Positions 9,961 through 19,512 of a DNA stretch of 64,000 nucleotides are shown one piece after another (position 1 is the stretch's first letter; the number at the start of each line of letters is the position of its first letter). Source of the stretch: an uncultured Alphaproteobacteria bacterium (GTDB taxonomy: Bacteria; Pseudomonadota; Alphaproteobacteria; Rs-D84). The stretch lies in assembly GCA_963540515.1 (NCBI GenBank), contig CAUTNA010000001.1, positions 5,420 through 69,419 on the forward strand, read 5' to 3'. The notes beneath the pieces are model-generated. The model saw nothing but the letters and a program-made list of their open reading frames with translations, was not told the origin of the DNA and searched no databases. The position numbers and the translations under genes were made by a program.

Positions 9961-11079
9961 CTAACTTTTTAAAATCTTTCTTATTATATCTACAACATAT
10001 TCAACTTCATCTTTTGTATTCCAAAAACCTAATGAAATTCTTATACTTCCAGACTCACAATTCAAATATTTATGTAACCAAGAAGCACACATATTTCCAA
10101 CTCTTATACAAATATTATAACTGGATAAATAAGTTCCAAAATCTAAACAATTAATATCATCTATAATAAAAGACAATATATATGAATCATCATTAGATAA
10201 AAATTTAATTTTTTGTATATCTTTTAACGAATTAAAAATATACTTATTATAGTCTAAAATTTTAGAATCAAAATTTAATTCTTTTATCGCTTCACCCAAA
10301 CCTATTATTTGAGTTAAAGGTAATGTTCCTGCTTCATACCTAGAAATATCTTCCATAAAATTTACACTTGAATCACGTATAGATCTTATCATTCCTCCGC
10401 CAAATTTATCCAAATTCCAACGCATTGGATCTTTTATATATAAAATACCAACACCTGTATCAGAACCTATTTTATGACCAGAAAAACATAAAAAATCACA
10501 ATCCCAATCATTAACATCAATAGGACAATGAATTACATATTGGCAAGCATCAACTATAGTTATAACATTTGGGTTAATTTTTTTTATTTTTTTTATTATA
10601 TTTTTTACATCTTGTTTATTTCCAATTACATTAGACATAGCAGTAATTACCGCTATATCTATTTTAGATATATTATCTGTAGAAATATTTAAATTAATAT
10701 CTAAATTAAATAAAGATATATTTATTTTTTTCTCATTTGCTAAAATATGCCAAGGCAATCTTGCAGAGTGATGATCTAAATCAGATACAAATATATTTGA
10801 GATATCATAAATGCAATTCGATCTATCTAATATTCTTACAATTCTATTTAATCCATCAGTTGCACCAGAAGTAAAAACTATTTGATTTGAATTTGCTTTT
10901 AAAAAGCTGGCTACTCTTTCTCTAATGTTGAATATACTATTATCAACTTCAATACTTCTTTTACATATTCCTCTACCAGAATTTGCATATTTATTTTTAA
11001 GAAATTCAAATTGTTTTTCTATTACAGAATTATATTTTAAACTGCTTGCAGCAGCGTCCATATATATACTATTTTTCAT
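9961..11079 (-). CDS. sufS: Cysteine desulfurase (class V aminotransferase, SufS/CsdA-like)
   Basis: PLP-lysine region 'FSGHKIGSDTGVGILYIK'. 372 aa. Operon with the DUF59 and sufE-like genes. Confidence 0.75.
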   Translation of the reverse strand: MKNSIYMDAAASSLKYNSVIEKQFEFLKNKYANSGRGICKRSIEVDNSIFNIRERVASFLKANSNQIVFTSGATDGLNRIVRILDRSNCIYDISNIFVSDLDHHSARLPWHILANEKKINISLFNLDINLNISTDNISKIDIAVITAMSNVIGNKQDVKNIIKKIKKINPNVITIVDACQYVIHCPIDVNDWDCDFLCFSGHKIGSDTGVGILYIKDPMRWNLDKFGGGMIRSIRDSSVNFMEDISRYEAGTLPLTQIIGLGEAIKELNFDSKILDYNKYIFNSLKDIQKIKFLSNDDSYILSFIIDDINCLDFGTYLSSYNICIRVGNMCASWLHKYLNCESGSIRISLGFWNTKDEVEYVVDIIRKILKS

Positions 11080-11145
11080 TATAATTTATTTCTCTTGATT
11101 TTGACTTTCATTATAATACACTGTCTGCCATTATATCAATATCAA

Positions 11146-11152
11146 AGGAGGA
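11146..11152 (+). promoter_or_regulatory. Shine-Dalgarno (AGGAGGA) for trxA
   Basis: GGAGG lies 7 nt upstream of ATG 11158. Confidence 0.6.
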
Positions 11153-11157
11153 AGGTA

Positions 11158-11484
11158 ATGTCTGTTATTCATGTTAATGATTCTAATTTTGTAGATGAAA
11201 TAAAAACAGGAATTGTATTGGTAGATTTTTGGGCTTCTTGGTGTGGACCTTGTAAAATGTTTGGTCCAGTTTTTGAAAGTGCATCCGATAAAATAAAAGA
11301 AATAAAATTCTTAAAATTTGAAATAGATGATTCTATAACAAGCAAAAGAATTCCAGCAACTTATGGTATTCGTAGTATTCCAAGTATCCTTGCTTTTAAA
11401 GATGGTAATTTATTAGAAACAAGAACGGGATTTATGGATTTAGAAACTATAGAAGACTGGGTAAAAGAATTGAAAGGTAATTAA
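11158..11484 (+). CDS. trxA: Thioredoxin
   Basis: 'WASWCGPCK' active site. 108 aa. The ORF track's 11095 start is an upstream in-frame extension; the RBS supports 11158. Confidence 0.9.
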   Translation: MSVIHVNDSNFVDEIKTGIVLVDFWASWCGPCKMFGPVFESASDKIKEIKFLKFEIDDSITSKRIPATYGIRSIPSILAFKDGNLLETRTGFMDLETIEDWVKELKGN

Positions 11485-11485
11485 A

Positions 11486-11908
11486 ATGTCAGTTAAAAAT
11501 TATAGGGATTTAGAATTAAGCCCTAAATATATTCCCAAAAAAACAGAAAAATATATGTGTGATGAACAAAGAGCATATTTCTATAGACTTTTAATATCTC
11601 AAAGAGATGAAATATTGAAAGATTCAAAAAAATTAGAATCTGAAGATATAAATGGAAATAGATCTGATGTAGGTGATGATTGTGATATTTCAAATTTAGA
11701 AGAAGAATTTTCTAAAAAAGTTCAAATTAATGAACGTAATTCCAATACACTTAATAGAATAAATAAAGCAATAGAAATGATCGAGAATGGTAGCTATGGT
11801 TATAGTGTAATATCTGGCGATGAAATAGGAATAAATAGACTTATGGCACAACCTCTAGCAACACTTACTTTAGAAGAACAGGATGAAATGGAAAAAAAGC
11901 ACCGATAA
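11486..11908 (+). CDS. DksA/TraR-family RNA polymerase-binding protein; lacks the canonical Cys4 zinc finger
   Basis: Size, acidic coiled-coil region and C-terminal region fit the DksA family. Only isolated Cys residues, so no CxxC...CxxC finger. Confidence 0.5.
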   Translation: MSVKNYRDLELSPKYIPKKTEKYMCDEQRAYFYRLLISQRDEILKDSKKLESEDINGNRSDVGDDCDISNLEEEFSKKVQINERNSNTLNRINKAIEMIENGSYGYSVISGDEIGINRLMAQPLATLTLEEQDEMEKKHR

Positions 11909-11925
11909 AGGTGCTTTTTTATTTT
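11896..11925. terminator. Bidirectional rho-independent terminator shared by the dksA-like gene (+) and tatA (-)
   Basis: Stem AAAGCACC / GGTGCTTT with loop GATAAA, followed by a T6 run on the plus strand and an A-run on the other side. The dksA-like stop codon sits in the loop. Confidence 0.55.
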
Positions 11926-12116
11926 GATTTTTTTGTATTTTTCTTAATAGTTTTATCAATTTTTGTTTGTTCCTTCTTACTGGCTTTGTTCAATTCATTT
12001 TTAAAAATATTTATACCATTTGCTATATTTTTCATTAGATCTGGTATTTTTGTATGTCCAAACAATACGACAATCAATAAAATTATTATAAGAATTTCCC
12101 AAAAACTTGCTCTCAT
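11919..12116 (-). CDS. tatA: Twin-arginine translocase subunit TatA/E
   Basis: 'FWEILIIILLIVVLFGHTKIPDLMKNIANGINIFK' matches the TatA TM helix plus FG hinge plus amphipathic helix. 65 aa. Confidence 0.8.
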   Translation of the reverse strand: MRASFWEILIIILLIVVLFGHTKIPDLMKNIANGINIFKNELNKASKKEQTKIDKTIKKNTKKSK

Positions 12117-12133
12117 AAAAACCTTTTTTTCAA

Positions 12134-12943
12134 TTATTTAGCAACATAGCATTCTAAACCGTTAGATCTTGATTTAGAACAAAAAGCATTTGCAGAAGCC
12201 AAACTATCAAAAGCTACACGTAATCTATAGGCTGTATTTCCATTTGGGAGCACAGCTGACAAAACAACAAACTCTTTATCTGTAAATAAATTTTTATATT
12301 TAGATAACAATCTATTTTGATAACTTATTGCTTTTTCACGACTACTATAAGAACCAAACTGAGTATACCATCTCGAAGCAACTTTTTTCTTTACTGATTT
12401 ATTTACAGGTTCAGATACTTTTACAGATCTAGATTTAACTGAAGGATTAAAGACAACATGTTTACGATCAATTACCTCTTTTACTGGTTTTGGAGTATCT
12501 ACAACGATTTCTTCTTTTACTTGTTCCTTTTTAACTTCTTGAACTTTATTGTCTTTTTTAGGTTCTTCATTTTTTACATTCTCTTCCTTAGATAAATTTT
12601 CTTTATTATCAACTTTATCCGATTGAGGAACTTTTTCAGTATTTATCTCAATATCTTTTACAGAATTATCATCATCTTTAATATTACTATCTACCATCTG
12701 TTCATCTAAATTTATATCTATAGAAGAAGTCCTATCAGATGTGATTGTATGATAGATTAAAAATCCAGCTAATCCTATTATAATCAAACCAACTATTATT
12801 AATAACCAATTTTTTCTTGATTTAGGATAATTATTAATAAAAGGATTATTTACTGTAGAAATATTTGATACATCTGTATCATCATCTAAGTCTAATAAAT
12901 CCATAGTTTCATCAGTAGTGTTTGCCATATTATATACCTTCAA
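12134..12943 (-). CDS. SPOR-domain membrane protein (septal peptidoglycan binding)
   Basis: Single TM 'WLLIIVGLIIIGLAGFLIY', a K/E-rich linker, and a C-terminal SPOR-like 'WYTQFGSYSSREKAISYQNRL...YRLRVAFDSLASANAFC'. Confidence 0.7.
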   Translation of the reverse strand: MKVYNMANTTDETMDLLDLDDDTDVSNISTVNNPFINNYPKSRKNWLLIIVGLIIIGLAGFLIYHTITSDRTSSIDINLDEQMVDSNIKDDDNSVKDIEINTEKVPQSDKVDNKENLSKEENVKNEEPKKDNKVQEVKKEQVKEEIVVDTPKPVKEVIDRKHVVFNPSVKSRSVKVSEPVNKSVKKKVASRWYTQFGSYSSREKAISYQNRLLSKYKNLFTDKEFVVLSAVLPNGNTAYRLRVAFDSLASANAFCSKSRSNGLECYVAK

Positions 12944-12992
12944 TGCTCATGACTTTATTATACCATAAAAAAATCATAAAAAAATATTTTAA

Positions 12993-13121
12993 TTATGGTC
13001 TTATACCTAATACAGAAGGCACTATTAATTTATTATTTTCTTGTACAATTGGTTCATCTGTTGATTTACAATTACAACAAGATGATAAAAAAATCAAAGA
13101 TACAAATACTAAAATTTTCAT
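12993..13121 (-). CDS. Candidate small lipoprotein (42 aa, entericidin-like size); not in the ORF track
   Basis: Minus-strand ORF MKILVFVSLIFLSSCCNCKSTDEPIVQENNKLIVPSVLGIRP. Signal peptide plus lipobox L-S-S-C. Lies in the thrS/SPOR intergenic region. Confidence 0.25.
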   Translation of the reverse strand: MKILVFVSLIFLSSCCNCKSTDEPIVQENNKLIVPSVLGIRP

Positions 13122-13133
13122 ACAAATAACCCC

Positions 13134-14885
13134 TTAATTTGGCATCTTAGTTTCCAATACAACATAAGAAATAAATTCATCTAAACTCATAGTTTTTTGC
13201 TCAGAATTATCTAAAAATCTCACAGTTACAGTATTATTTTCTAATTCTTTCTCACCAACTACTAAAATTATTGGTGTTTTAGAAACAGTAAGTTCTCTTA
13301 TTTTATAACTTAATTTTTCGGATCTTAAATCCAACCCTGCTCTTATAGATTTATCTAATAATTTGTCTGCTATCTCTTTAGCATAATTATTAAATTTCTC
13401 AGATACTGGTGCTATAACAACTGGTTCTGGAGATAACCACAAAGGTAATTTACCAGCAGTAGATTCTATTAATATTCCTAAAAATCTTTCTATACTTCCA
13501 AGCATTGCTCTATGAAGCATTATGGGTCTATGAGATTTTCCATCTTCACCAATATAAGAAAGATCAAATCTTTCAGGCAAATTCATATCTAATTGAATTG
13601 TTCCACATTGCCATTTTCTTCCCATAGAATCTTTTAAATAAATATCTATTTTTGGACCATAAAAAGCAGCATCTTCTTTTTCTTCTTCAAATGGAAGATT
13701 ATTTTTTATTAAGGCATTTTTAAGTGCACCTTCTGTCTTATCCCAAATTTCATCACTTCCTATTCTGAATTCACTATTTTTTCTTGTAGCAAGTTTCATA
13801 GAAACTTCATTAAAACCAAACTTAGAATAAATATCCTTTATAAATTCTAATATTTTTACTATTTCTTGTTCAAATTGTTCTTCTGTACAAAATATATGTG
13901 CATCATCCTGAGTAAATTCACGAACTCTCATAAGTCCAGACAATCCACCAGTCGCTTCAAACCTATTTACTTTACCAAATTCTGACAAATATATTGGTAA
14001 ATCTTTATAAGATCTTATGCCTTGCTTAAAAACAAGCATACCACCTGGACATGACATAGGTTTTATACAAAAAGTTTTTCCATCCTGAGTCTTACCAGAA
14101 TAATTATGTTCTCCGTATTTTGCCCAATGTCCAGAAATTTCCCAAAGAGATCTATCCATAACAGTAGGAGTAGATATTTCTAAATAACCAGCTTTTTCTT
14201 GACATTTTCTTATATATTCTATTAATTTTCTATATATTCTAAAACCTTTATCATGCCAAAATACAGCACCAGGGGCATAATCAGGTTCAAAATGGAATAA
14301 ATCCATTGCTTTTGCAATTTTTCTATGATCTCTAAGAGATGCTTCTTCTTGCATTTTTAGAAAATTATCTAATTCTTCTTTGGTTAGAAAAGCATCAACA
14401 TATATTCTTTGCAACATTATATTACTAGAATCACCTTTCCAATAAGCACCAGCTACATTTCTTATTTTAAATCCAGTATTTTTTAAAATATTTGTATTTT
14501 TAACATGAGGTCCCTTGCATAGATCGACAAAATCATCAACTGTATAAATTGATAACTTTTCTCCATTTTCATCATATTCTTGCAACCATTCCATTTTATA
14601 TGGTTGTTCTTTAAATATTTCTTTAGCTTCTCCTAAGGAAATTATCTTTTGTTCAAAATTATGATTAGACTCTATTATTTTCCTCATCATATTTTCAATT
14701 TCAGAAAAATCATCAGGAGTAAATTTATGTTCACTTTCAAAATCATAATAAAAACCATTCTCTATAGCAGGACCTCCAGCAAATTTTACATTTTTAAACA
14801 ATTTTTGTATTGATGCTGCCATAACATGAGCAAGAGAATGCCTAACTGTATCTATAGGATAAACATCTACCATTTTAATCTCCAT
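13134..14885 (-). CDS. thrS: Threonyl-tRNA synthetase lacking the N-terminal TGS (N1) domain
   Basis: Starts at the editing-domain His motif 'RHSLAHVMAASIQKLF...GPAIENGFYYDFE', which in E. coli ThrS begins near residue 70. Class II motifs are present. 583 aa. Confidence 0.9.
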   Translation of the reverse strand: MEIKMVDVYPIDTVRHSLAHVMAASIQKLFKNVKFAGGPAIENGFYYDFESEHKFTPDDFSEIENMMRKIIESNHNFEQKIISLGEAKEIFKEQPYKMEWLQEYDENGEKLSIYTVDDFVDLCKGPHVKNTNILKNTGFKIRNVAGAYWKGDSSNIMLQRIYVDAFLTKEELDNFLKMQEEASLRDHRKIAKAMDLFHFEPDYAPGAVFWHDKGFRIYRKLIEYIRKCQEKAGYLEISTPTVMDRSLWEISGHWAKYGEHNYSGKTQDGKTFCIKPMSCPGGMLVFKQGIRSYKDLPIYLSEFGKVNRFEATGGLSGLMRVREFTQDDAHIFCTEEQFEQEIVKILEFIKDIYSKFGFNEVSMKLATRKNSEFRIGSDEIWDKTEGALKNALIKNNLPFEEEKEDAAFYGPKIDIYLKDSMGRKWQCGTIQLDMNLPERFDLSYIGEDGKSHRPIMLHRAMLGSIERFLGILIESTAGKLPLWLSPEPVVIAPVSEKFNNYAKEIADKLLDKSIRAGLDLRSEKLSYKIRELTVSKTPIILVVGEKELENNTVTVRFLDNSEQKTMSLDEFISYVVLETKMPN

Positions 14886-14918
14886 TTAAAAAGTATTATA
14901 TTACGCTTAACTCTAAAA

Positions 14919-15662
14919 TCAAATATCAAAAATACTACCAAATAAAACAGCAAAAAAGAAACAAACACTCCCTGCTATAACGAAAATATGCCAAATAGCG
15001 TGAGAGAATTTTATTTTTCTCCATAAATAAAAGATAATTCCAAATGAATAAGAAAGTCCACCAGATAAAATAAATAACATACCTCTATTTGAAACATTCT
15101 TTATCATTACAGGTAATATAAACAGTAAAGTCCAACCCATCAAAAGATACAATAAAACAATCCATTTAGGTTGTCTTTTAGGATTATTAATTTTTATAAA
15201 AGTACCAATAAATACTACAGCCCATAAAAAACCAAATACTGTCCACCCTACCCATCCACGAATATTAACCAATAAAAAAGGAGTATAAGTTCCAGCAATT
15301 AACAAATATATAGCTATATTGTCCCATACTTCAAAAAATACTTCTGACTTTTTACCAATCATGGCATGACACATAGTACTACCAAAATACAAAATCATCA
15401 TAGTAAAACCAAAAATAGAACAAGAAACAATCGCCCAAGGGTCTCCTTTTAATGCAGAAAAAACTATTAGTAAAACCGTCCCCGCAATTGCCAAACCAAG
15501 ACCAATTCCATGAGTTAGTATATTAGCAAACTCTTCAGATTTAGACATTTTTCTTTCCCATCTGAAAATACTTGTTTTCTTTATTCTTTTTAATAAATTC
15601 TTAAAATGCAGATTTTTATTTAACTCTTTTATTATTTCTTTACTTCTATATTTATCTTTCAT
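14919..15662 (-). CDS. Hemolysin III / PAQR-family 7-TM protein
   Basis: Seven TM segments with conserved His positions ('ILTHGIG', 'HAM', 'HAIWHIFV') typical of the HlyIII/YqfA family. Confidence 0.75.
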   Translation of the reverse strand: MKDKYRSKEIIKELNKNLHFKNLLKRIKKTSIFRWERKMSKSEEFANILTHGIGLGLAIAGTVLLIVFSALKGDPWAIVSCSIFGFTMMILYFGSTMCHAMIGKKSEVFFEVWDNIAIYLLIAGTYTPFLLVNIRGWVGWTVFGFLWAVVFIGTFIKINNPKRQPKWIVLLYLLMGWTLLFILPVMIKNVSNRGMLFILSGGLSYSFGIIFYLWRKIKFSHAIWHIFVIAGSVCFFFAVLFGSIFDI

Positions 15663-15675
15663 ATAAATATCTTCT

Positions 15676-17277
15676 TTATAAAATATTTTTAATTCTATCC
15701 ACTACCATATTATATCCCATAACTTGAATTATTGAATAAAGATCTGGAGTGTTTTTTCTCCCACAAATAGAAACTCTTAAATGCATAGCAACATCACCTT
15801 TTTTTAAAGATAATGTATCAGCTATATCACAAATCTTTTTCCACCAGATATCTTTAGAATCTTCTATATTAAAAGATTTTAAAAATAAATTTAAAACATC
15901 TCTATTAAATTCAAAAGATTCTATTAAAGTTTTATCTAAATATTCATTCCAAAAATACTTAATTTCTTCTATAGTTTGTCTCCAATTTATAAAATCTTTT
16001 CTTATTCTATCTTGATTTTCTCTTTCTATAGAAAGAATTTTTCTTAAGTAATTTAATTGTTCTTTATCTTCAAATATTTTTTTAAATTTTGTGTCATATA
16101 CATCAACCCAGTTAATAATTTTTGAAAATAATTCTTCAATACTAAGAGTAGCTATATATTCTTTAGCCCACCACTGAAGTTTTTTAATATCAAATAAAAC
16201 ACCAGATATAGGTATTTTTTTTAAATTAATATTATAATTCCACAAATTTATATCTTTATTTTTTCTTTTCTCTTCTTCATAACCACTAGATAAAATATTC
16301 AATAAATATTCCAATAATACTTCTGGCTCCCATCCGTCTTGTATGAAATTCTTCACAGAAGCTTCAAAATCATGTCTTTTTGATAATTTTCTCTGTTTAC
16401 CAGTTATATCATCTATTTTATCTAATGTAGATGTATGAGTATAAGTTGGAGTTTTCCAACCCATCATTTTAAATAATTGTAAATGTAATGGCAAACTAGG
16501 CAACCACTCTTCACCACGAATAACATTTGTAGTTCTCATAAAATGATCATCAACAAGATGTGCAAAATGATAGGTAGGAAGATTATCATTCGATTTTATC
16601 AAAACTATATCTTCATTATTTTCAGGTAAATGTAAAATTCCACGAGATAAATCTTTATAAACAATTTTTTTATTCGTATCTCCCATAGAATATAATCTTA
16701 TAGAAGGTGTAATACCTTCATTTAATTTTTCCAAAATAGAATCTTCATCTAAATCACGGTATTTCGCCCAAGTACCATAAATACCAGTTGGTATACCTAG
16801 TGAAGTTTGTTTTTCTCTTATTTCTTCCATATCCTTAGCAGATAAAAAACATGGGTAAGCAAGCCCTCTTCTCATTAGTTCTGCAACCACAGACAAATAT
16901 ATATCCTTACGTTCAGATTGCTTATAAGGACCATATTTTCCATTCAATTTATAACCTGATTCATCTGGTATTAAATTAAACTTTTCTAATGTAGAATTTA
17001 TTAAATCAACTGCACCTTCAACTTCTCTTTTAGAATCAGTATCTTCTATTCTTAATATAAAAATACCATTTGATTGTTTTGCTAATTTATAATTTATAAA
17101 AGCTTGATATAAATTACCTATATGCATAAAACCAGTTGGACTTGGTGCAAATCTTGAAATAATTGCAGATTCACCTAGATTACGTTCTGGGTATAAATCC
17201 TCTAGTTCTTCAAGTGTATATTTGGGAATGGTCTTAAGTATTTTATTTATTAAATTTTCTGAAATTTTATTTCGCAT
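15676..17277 (-). CDS. gltX: Glutamyl-tRNA synthetase (class I, HIGN motif) with an extended C-terminus
   Basis: 'SRFAPSPTGFMHIGN' HIGH-type motif and a KMSKS-like 'KLSKR'. 533 aa. Confidence 0.85.
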   Translation of the reverse strand: MRNKISENLINKILKTIPKYTLEELEDLYPERNLGESAIISRFAPSPTGFMHIGNLYQAFINYKLAKQSNGIFILRIEDTDSKREVEGAVDLINSTLEKFNLIPDESGYKLNGKYGPYKQSERKDIYLSVVAELMRRGLAYPCFLSAKDMEEIREKQTSLGIPTGIYGTWAKYRDLDEDSILEKLNEGITPSIRLYSMGDTNKKIVYKDLSRGILHLPENNEDIVLIKSNDNLPTYHFAHLVDDHFMRTTNVIRGEEWLPSLPLHLQLFKMMGWKTPTYTHTSTLDKIDDITGKQRKLSKRHDFEASVKNFIQDGWEPEVLLEYLLNILSSGYEEEKRKNKDINLWNYNINLKKIPISGVLFDIKKLQWWAKEYIATLSIEELFSKIINWVDVYDTKFKKIFEDKEQLNYLRKILSIERENQDRIRKDFINWRQTIEEIKYFWNEYLDKTLIESFEFNRDVLNLFLKSFNIEDSKDIWWKKICDIADTLSLKKGDVAMHLRVSICGRKNTPDLYSIIQVMGYNMVVDRIKNIL

Positions 17278-17329
17278 TTGATACCTTAAAATTGTTAACT
17301 TTATTGGGTTTATATTTTATACTAAAGAT

Positions 17330-17986
17330 ATGGAAATACAAGATATAAGAACTTTTGGAAGAAGACATACAAAAAAATTATCAAATAATAAACAATATTT
17401 AATTGATAATATTTTACCAATTATTAAACCTGTAAAAGAAACTCAAAAAGATATAATCTTAGAAATCGGATTTGGAGGTGGAGAACATATATTAGAATTA
17501 TCAAAAAGATATCCTGATTTTTTGATAATAGGATCTGAACCATTTATAAATGGGGTTGCATCTCTTTTATCTAGTATATCAAAAAATAATGTAATACTTG
17601 ATGAATTTAAAAATATAAATATTTATCCTGATGATGTAAGAATTTTTTTGAATGATAAAAATTATAAAAATCTCAAATTTTCAAAAATATATATTCTACA
17701 TCCTGACCCTTGGCCTAAGAAGAAACATACTAAAAGAAGATTATTAAATTCTGATTTTCTAAAATTAATATCATCTAAACTGGATAATCAAGGATATATT
17801 ATAATAGGAACAGATCATTATGAATACTATGACTGGTTAAAAGAACAAATAATAAATACATCTTTAAAAATAAAAGAAGAAATATCTAATAATGAACTTG
17901 TAATAAAAACAAAATATCAGATCAAAAATAAAGCAAATACAGAATTTACAAAGTATATTATATTAGAAAATAAAATTAATGATTGA
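17330..17986 (+). CDS. trmB: tRNA (guanine46-N7)-methyltransferase
   Basis: 'ILEIGFGGGEHILELSKRYPD' SAM-binding region and 'HPDPWPKKKH' TrmB signature. Confidence 0.85.
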   Translation: MEIQDIRTFGRRHTKKLSNNKQYLIDNILPIIKPVKETQKDIILEIGFGGGEHILELSKRYPDFLIIGSEPFINGVASLLSSISKNNVILDEFKNINIYPDDVRIFLNDKNYKNLKFSKIYILHPDPWPKKKHTKRRLLNSDFLKLISSKLDNQGYIIIGTDHYEYYDWLKEQIINTSLKIKEEISNNELVIKTKYQIKNKANTEFTKYIILENKIND

Positions 17987-17994
17987 AAGTGTAC

Positions 17995-18648
17995 TTATTT
18001 AAGTATAAAAAATTTAACTTTATCCAATAAATCAGGTCTCATCTTTTCTATTAATCTCCAAGTTTGTTCAACTCTTATAGAAGAATTACCTATTGAAAAA
18101 TGTATCTCACCCTTAAACCTATCATCAAAATTATCTAAAAACCCATAAACTAATCCAACAAAATCATCATCTTTTTCTTTTTTATAATTTAATAAAATAA
18201 CATCAGCTTTTAATTTATTTAAATTTATAAAAACATCAGACCAAGAATTTATACTAAAATCATCTAAATCAAAACAAATTGATATTTTTTTATTATAAAA
18301 TAAATTATCTTTAACTTTCAAAAAGTCAGGTAATATTAAAAAGAAATTTTTTTTCTTTATAAATAATTGAATACCTGTTGCACCAATTTTATAAATACTA
18401 TTAATAGATTTAACCAGATCTGATGAATTTTGATAATCTGATTCATAAACCCTTACAAACATTTCTATATTGTTTTTTTCTAGCCAACTCCAAACAGACT
18501 GTATCATATTTGGTAAAACTGAAATCAATTTTATATTAGTCGAAACAAGTTCATTAGATATAGATACTAACTTAATAGTATCATCACACATTTTACATTC
18601 GAGAGCAAAATTTTTACTTATATAAGATTTTTCAATATCTTTAATCAT
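17995..18648 (-). CDS. Hypothetical protein (217 aa); no recognisable motif
   Basis: Long ORF with host-like codon usage, divergent from the 18691-20647 cassette. Confidence 0.4.
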   Translation of the reverse strand: MIKDIEKSYISKNFALECKMCDDTIKLVSISNELVSTNIKLISVLPNMIQSVWSWLEKNNIEMFVRVYESDYQNSSDLVKSINSIYKIGATGIQLFIKKKNFFLILPDFLKVKDNLFYNKKISICFDLDDFSINSWSDVFINLNKLKADVILLNYKKEKDDDFVGLVYGFLDNFDDRFKGEIHFSIGNSSIRVEQTWRLIEKMRPDLLDKVKFFILK

Positions 18649-18690
18649 TTACTTTTTACTCTATCATAAATATGATAAAATTAAACACAA

Positions 18691-19512
18691 ATGAATAAAT
18701 TATTTGAAAAATTTTTACTTATTTGTTTGTGGTTTATAACCTCTATTTTATTTACAAGCTTTTGGTTTAACTATAAATTTGGATTTAATTTTTTAGCTTT
18801 ATCACATTGGAAATATTTAAGAGATATGCAAATATCTTCTGTTAGAATTAACCCTTTTTTTTATACTTCTGTAGTTTTCATTTCTATAATATCTTTGTTT
18901 ACGCTTTATTTAATCATAAGCCCAAAATTTAGAAAAATAAATTTTCAATCTATTAAAAAAATTGAAAATAAAGTATTAAAAGCCGAAATTATAAATGATC
19001 ATAATTCTAAATCTAAAGAAGATTTTAATGAATTTAAGAGACCTCCAAGATTAAATATACCGAATATAGAAACAAGTTTTAAATCAAAACCTTTTACAAA
19101 ACCAATAAATTATGATTATAAAAATGAATTAGAAAATATATTTAAAAAAGCTGGTTTTATAACTAAAAAAATTCCTTATAACTTACAAATATCTCTGATT
19201 GCTATTGGATCAAATGAAAGTATGTGGATAGGATGTACAAATACAACAGAAAATATAAAAAATATTAAAAATAAATTTTTAGATGTATTCTTTGAAACAT
19301 TGGATGACATAAATATAAAAATGAATTTGTTTATTATAAACTCAAATGATACTAAAGTAGATGAAGATATACTAAAATTTAATTCAATATCAGAAGTAGA
19401 GAATTTTATGAAAAATAATAAATCTATAATTACAGATGATGAAAAAGAAGATTTTGATGCTTATTCAGAATATGTAGATGTTGTAATAGAATACTTGAGT
19501 AAAACAAAATGA
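18691..19512 (+). CDS. Hypothetical membrane protein: two N-terminal TM helices plus a roughly 190-aa soluble domain
   Basis: Hydrophobic stretches 'FLLICLWFITSILFTSFWF' and 'FFYTSVVFISIISLFTLYLII'. First gene of the coupled cassette. Confidence 0.45.
   Translation: MNKLFEKFLLICLWFITSILFTSFWFNYKFGFNFLALSHWKYLRDMQISSVRINPFFYTSVVFISIISLFTLYLIISPKFRKINFQSIKKIENKVLKAEIINDHNSKSKEDFNEFKRPPRLNIPNIETSFKSKPFTKPINYDYKNELENIFKKAGFITKKIPYNLQISLIAIGSNESMWIGCTNTTENIKNIKNKFLDVFFETLDDINIKMNLFIINSNDTKVDEDILKFNSISEVENFMKNNKSIITDDEKEDFDAYSEYVDVVIEYLSKTK

Noticed and set aside
12922-13137. Plus-strand 71-aa ORF in the thrS/SPOR spacer
   Set aside because: Begins inside the SPOR-gene start region and runs to the thrS stop. 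No signal, and its translation is low-complexity. The opposite-strand 42-codon lipoprotein ORF is the better hypothesis.
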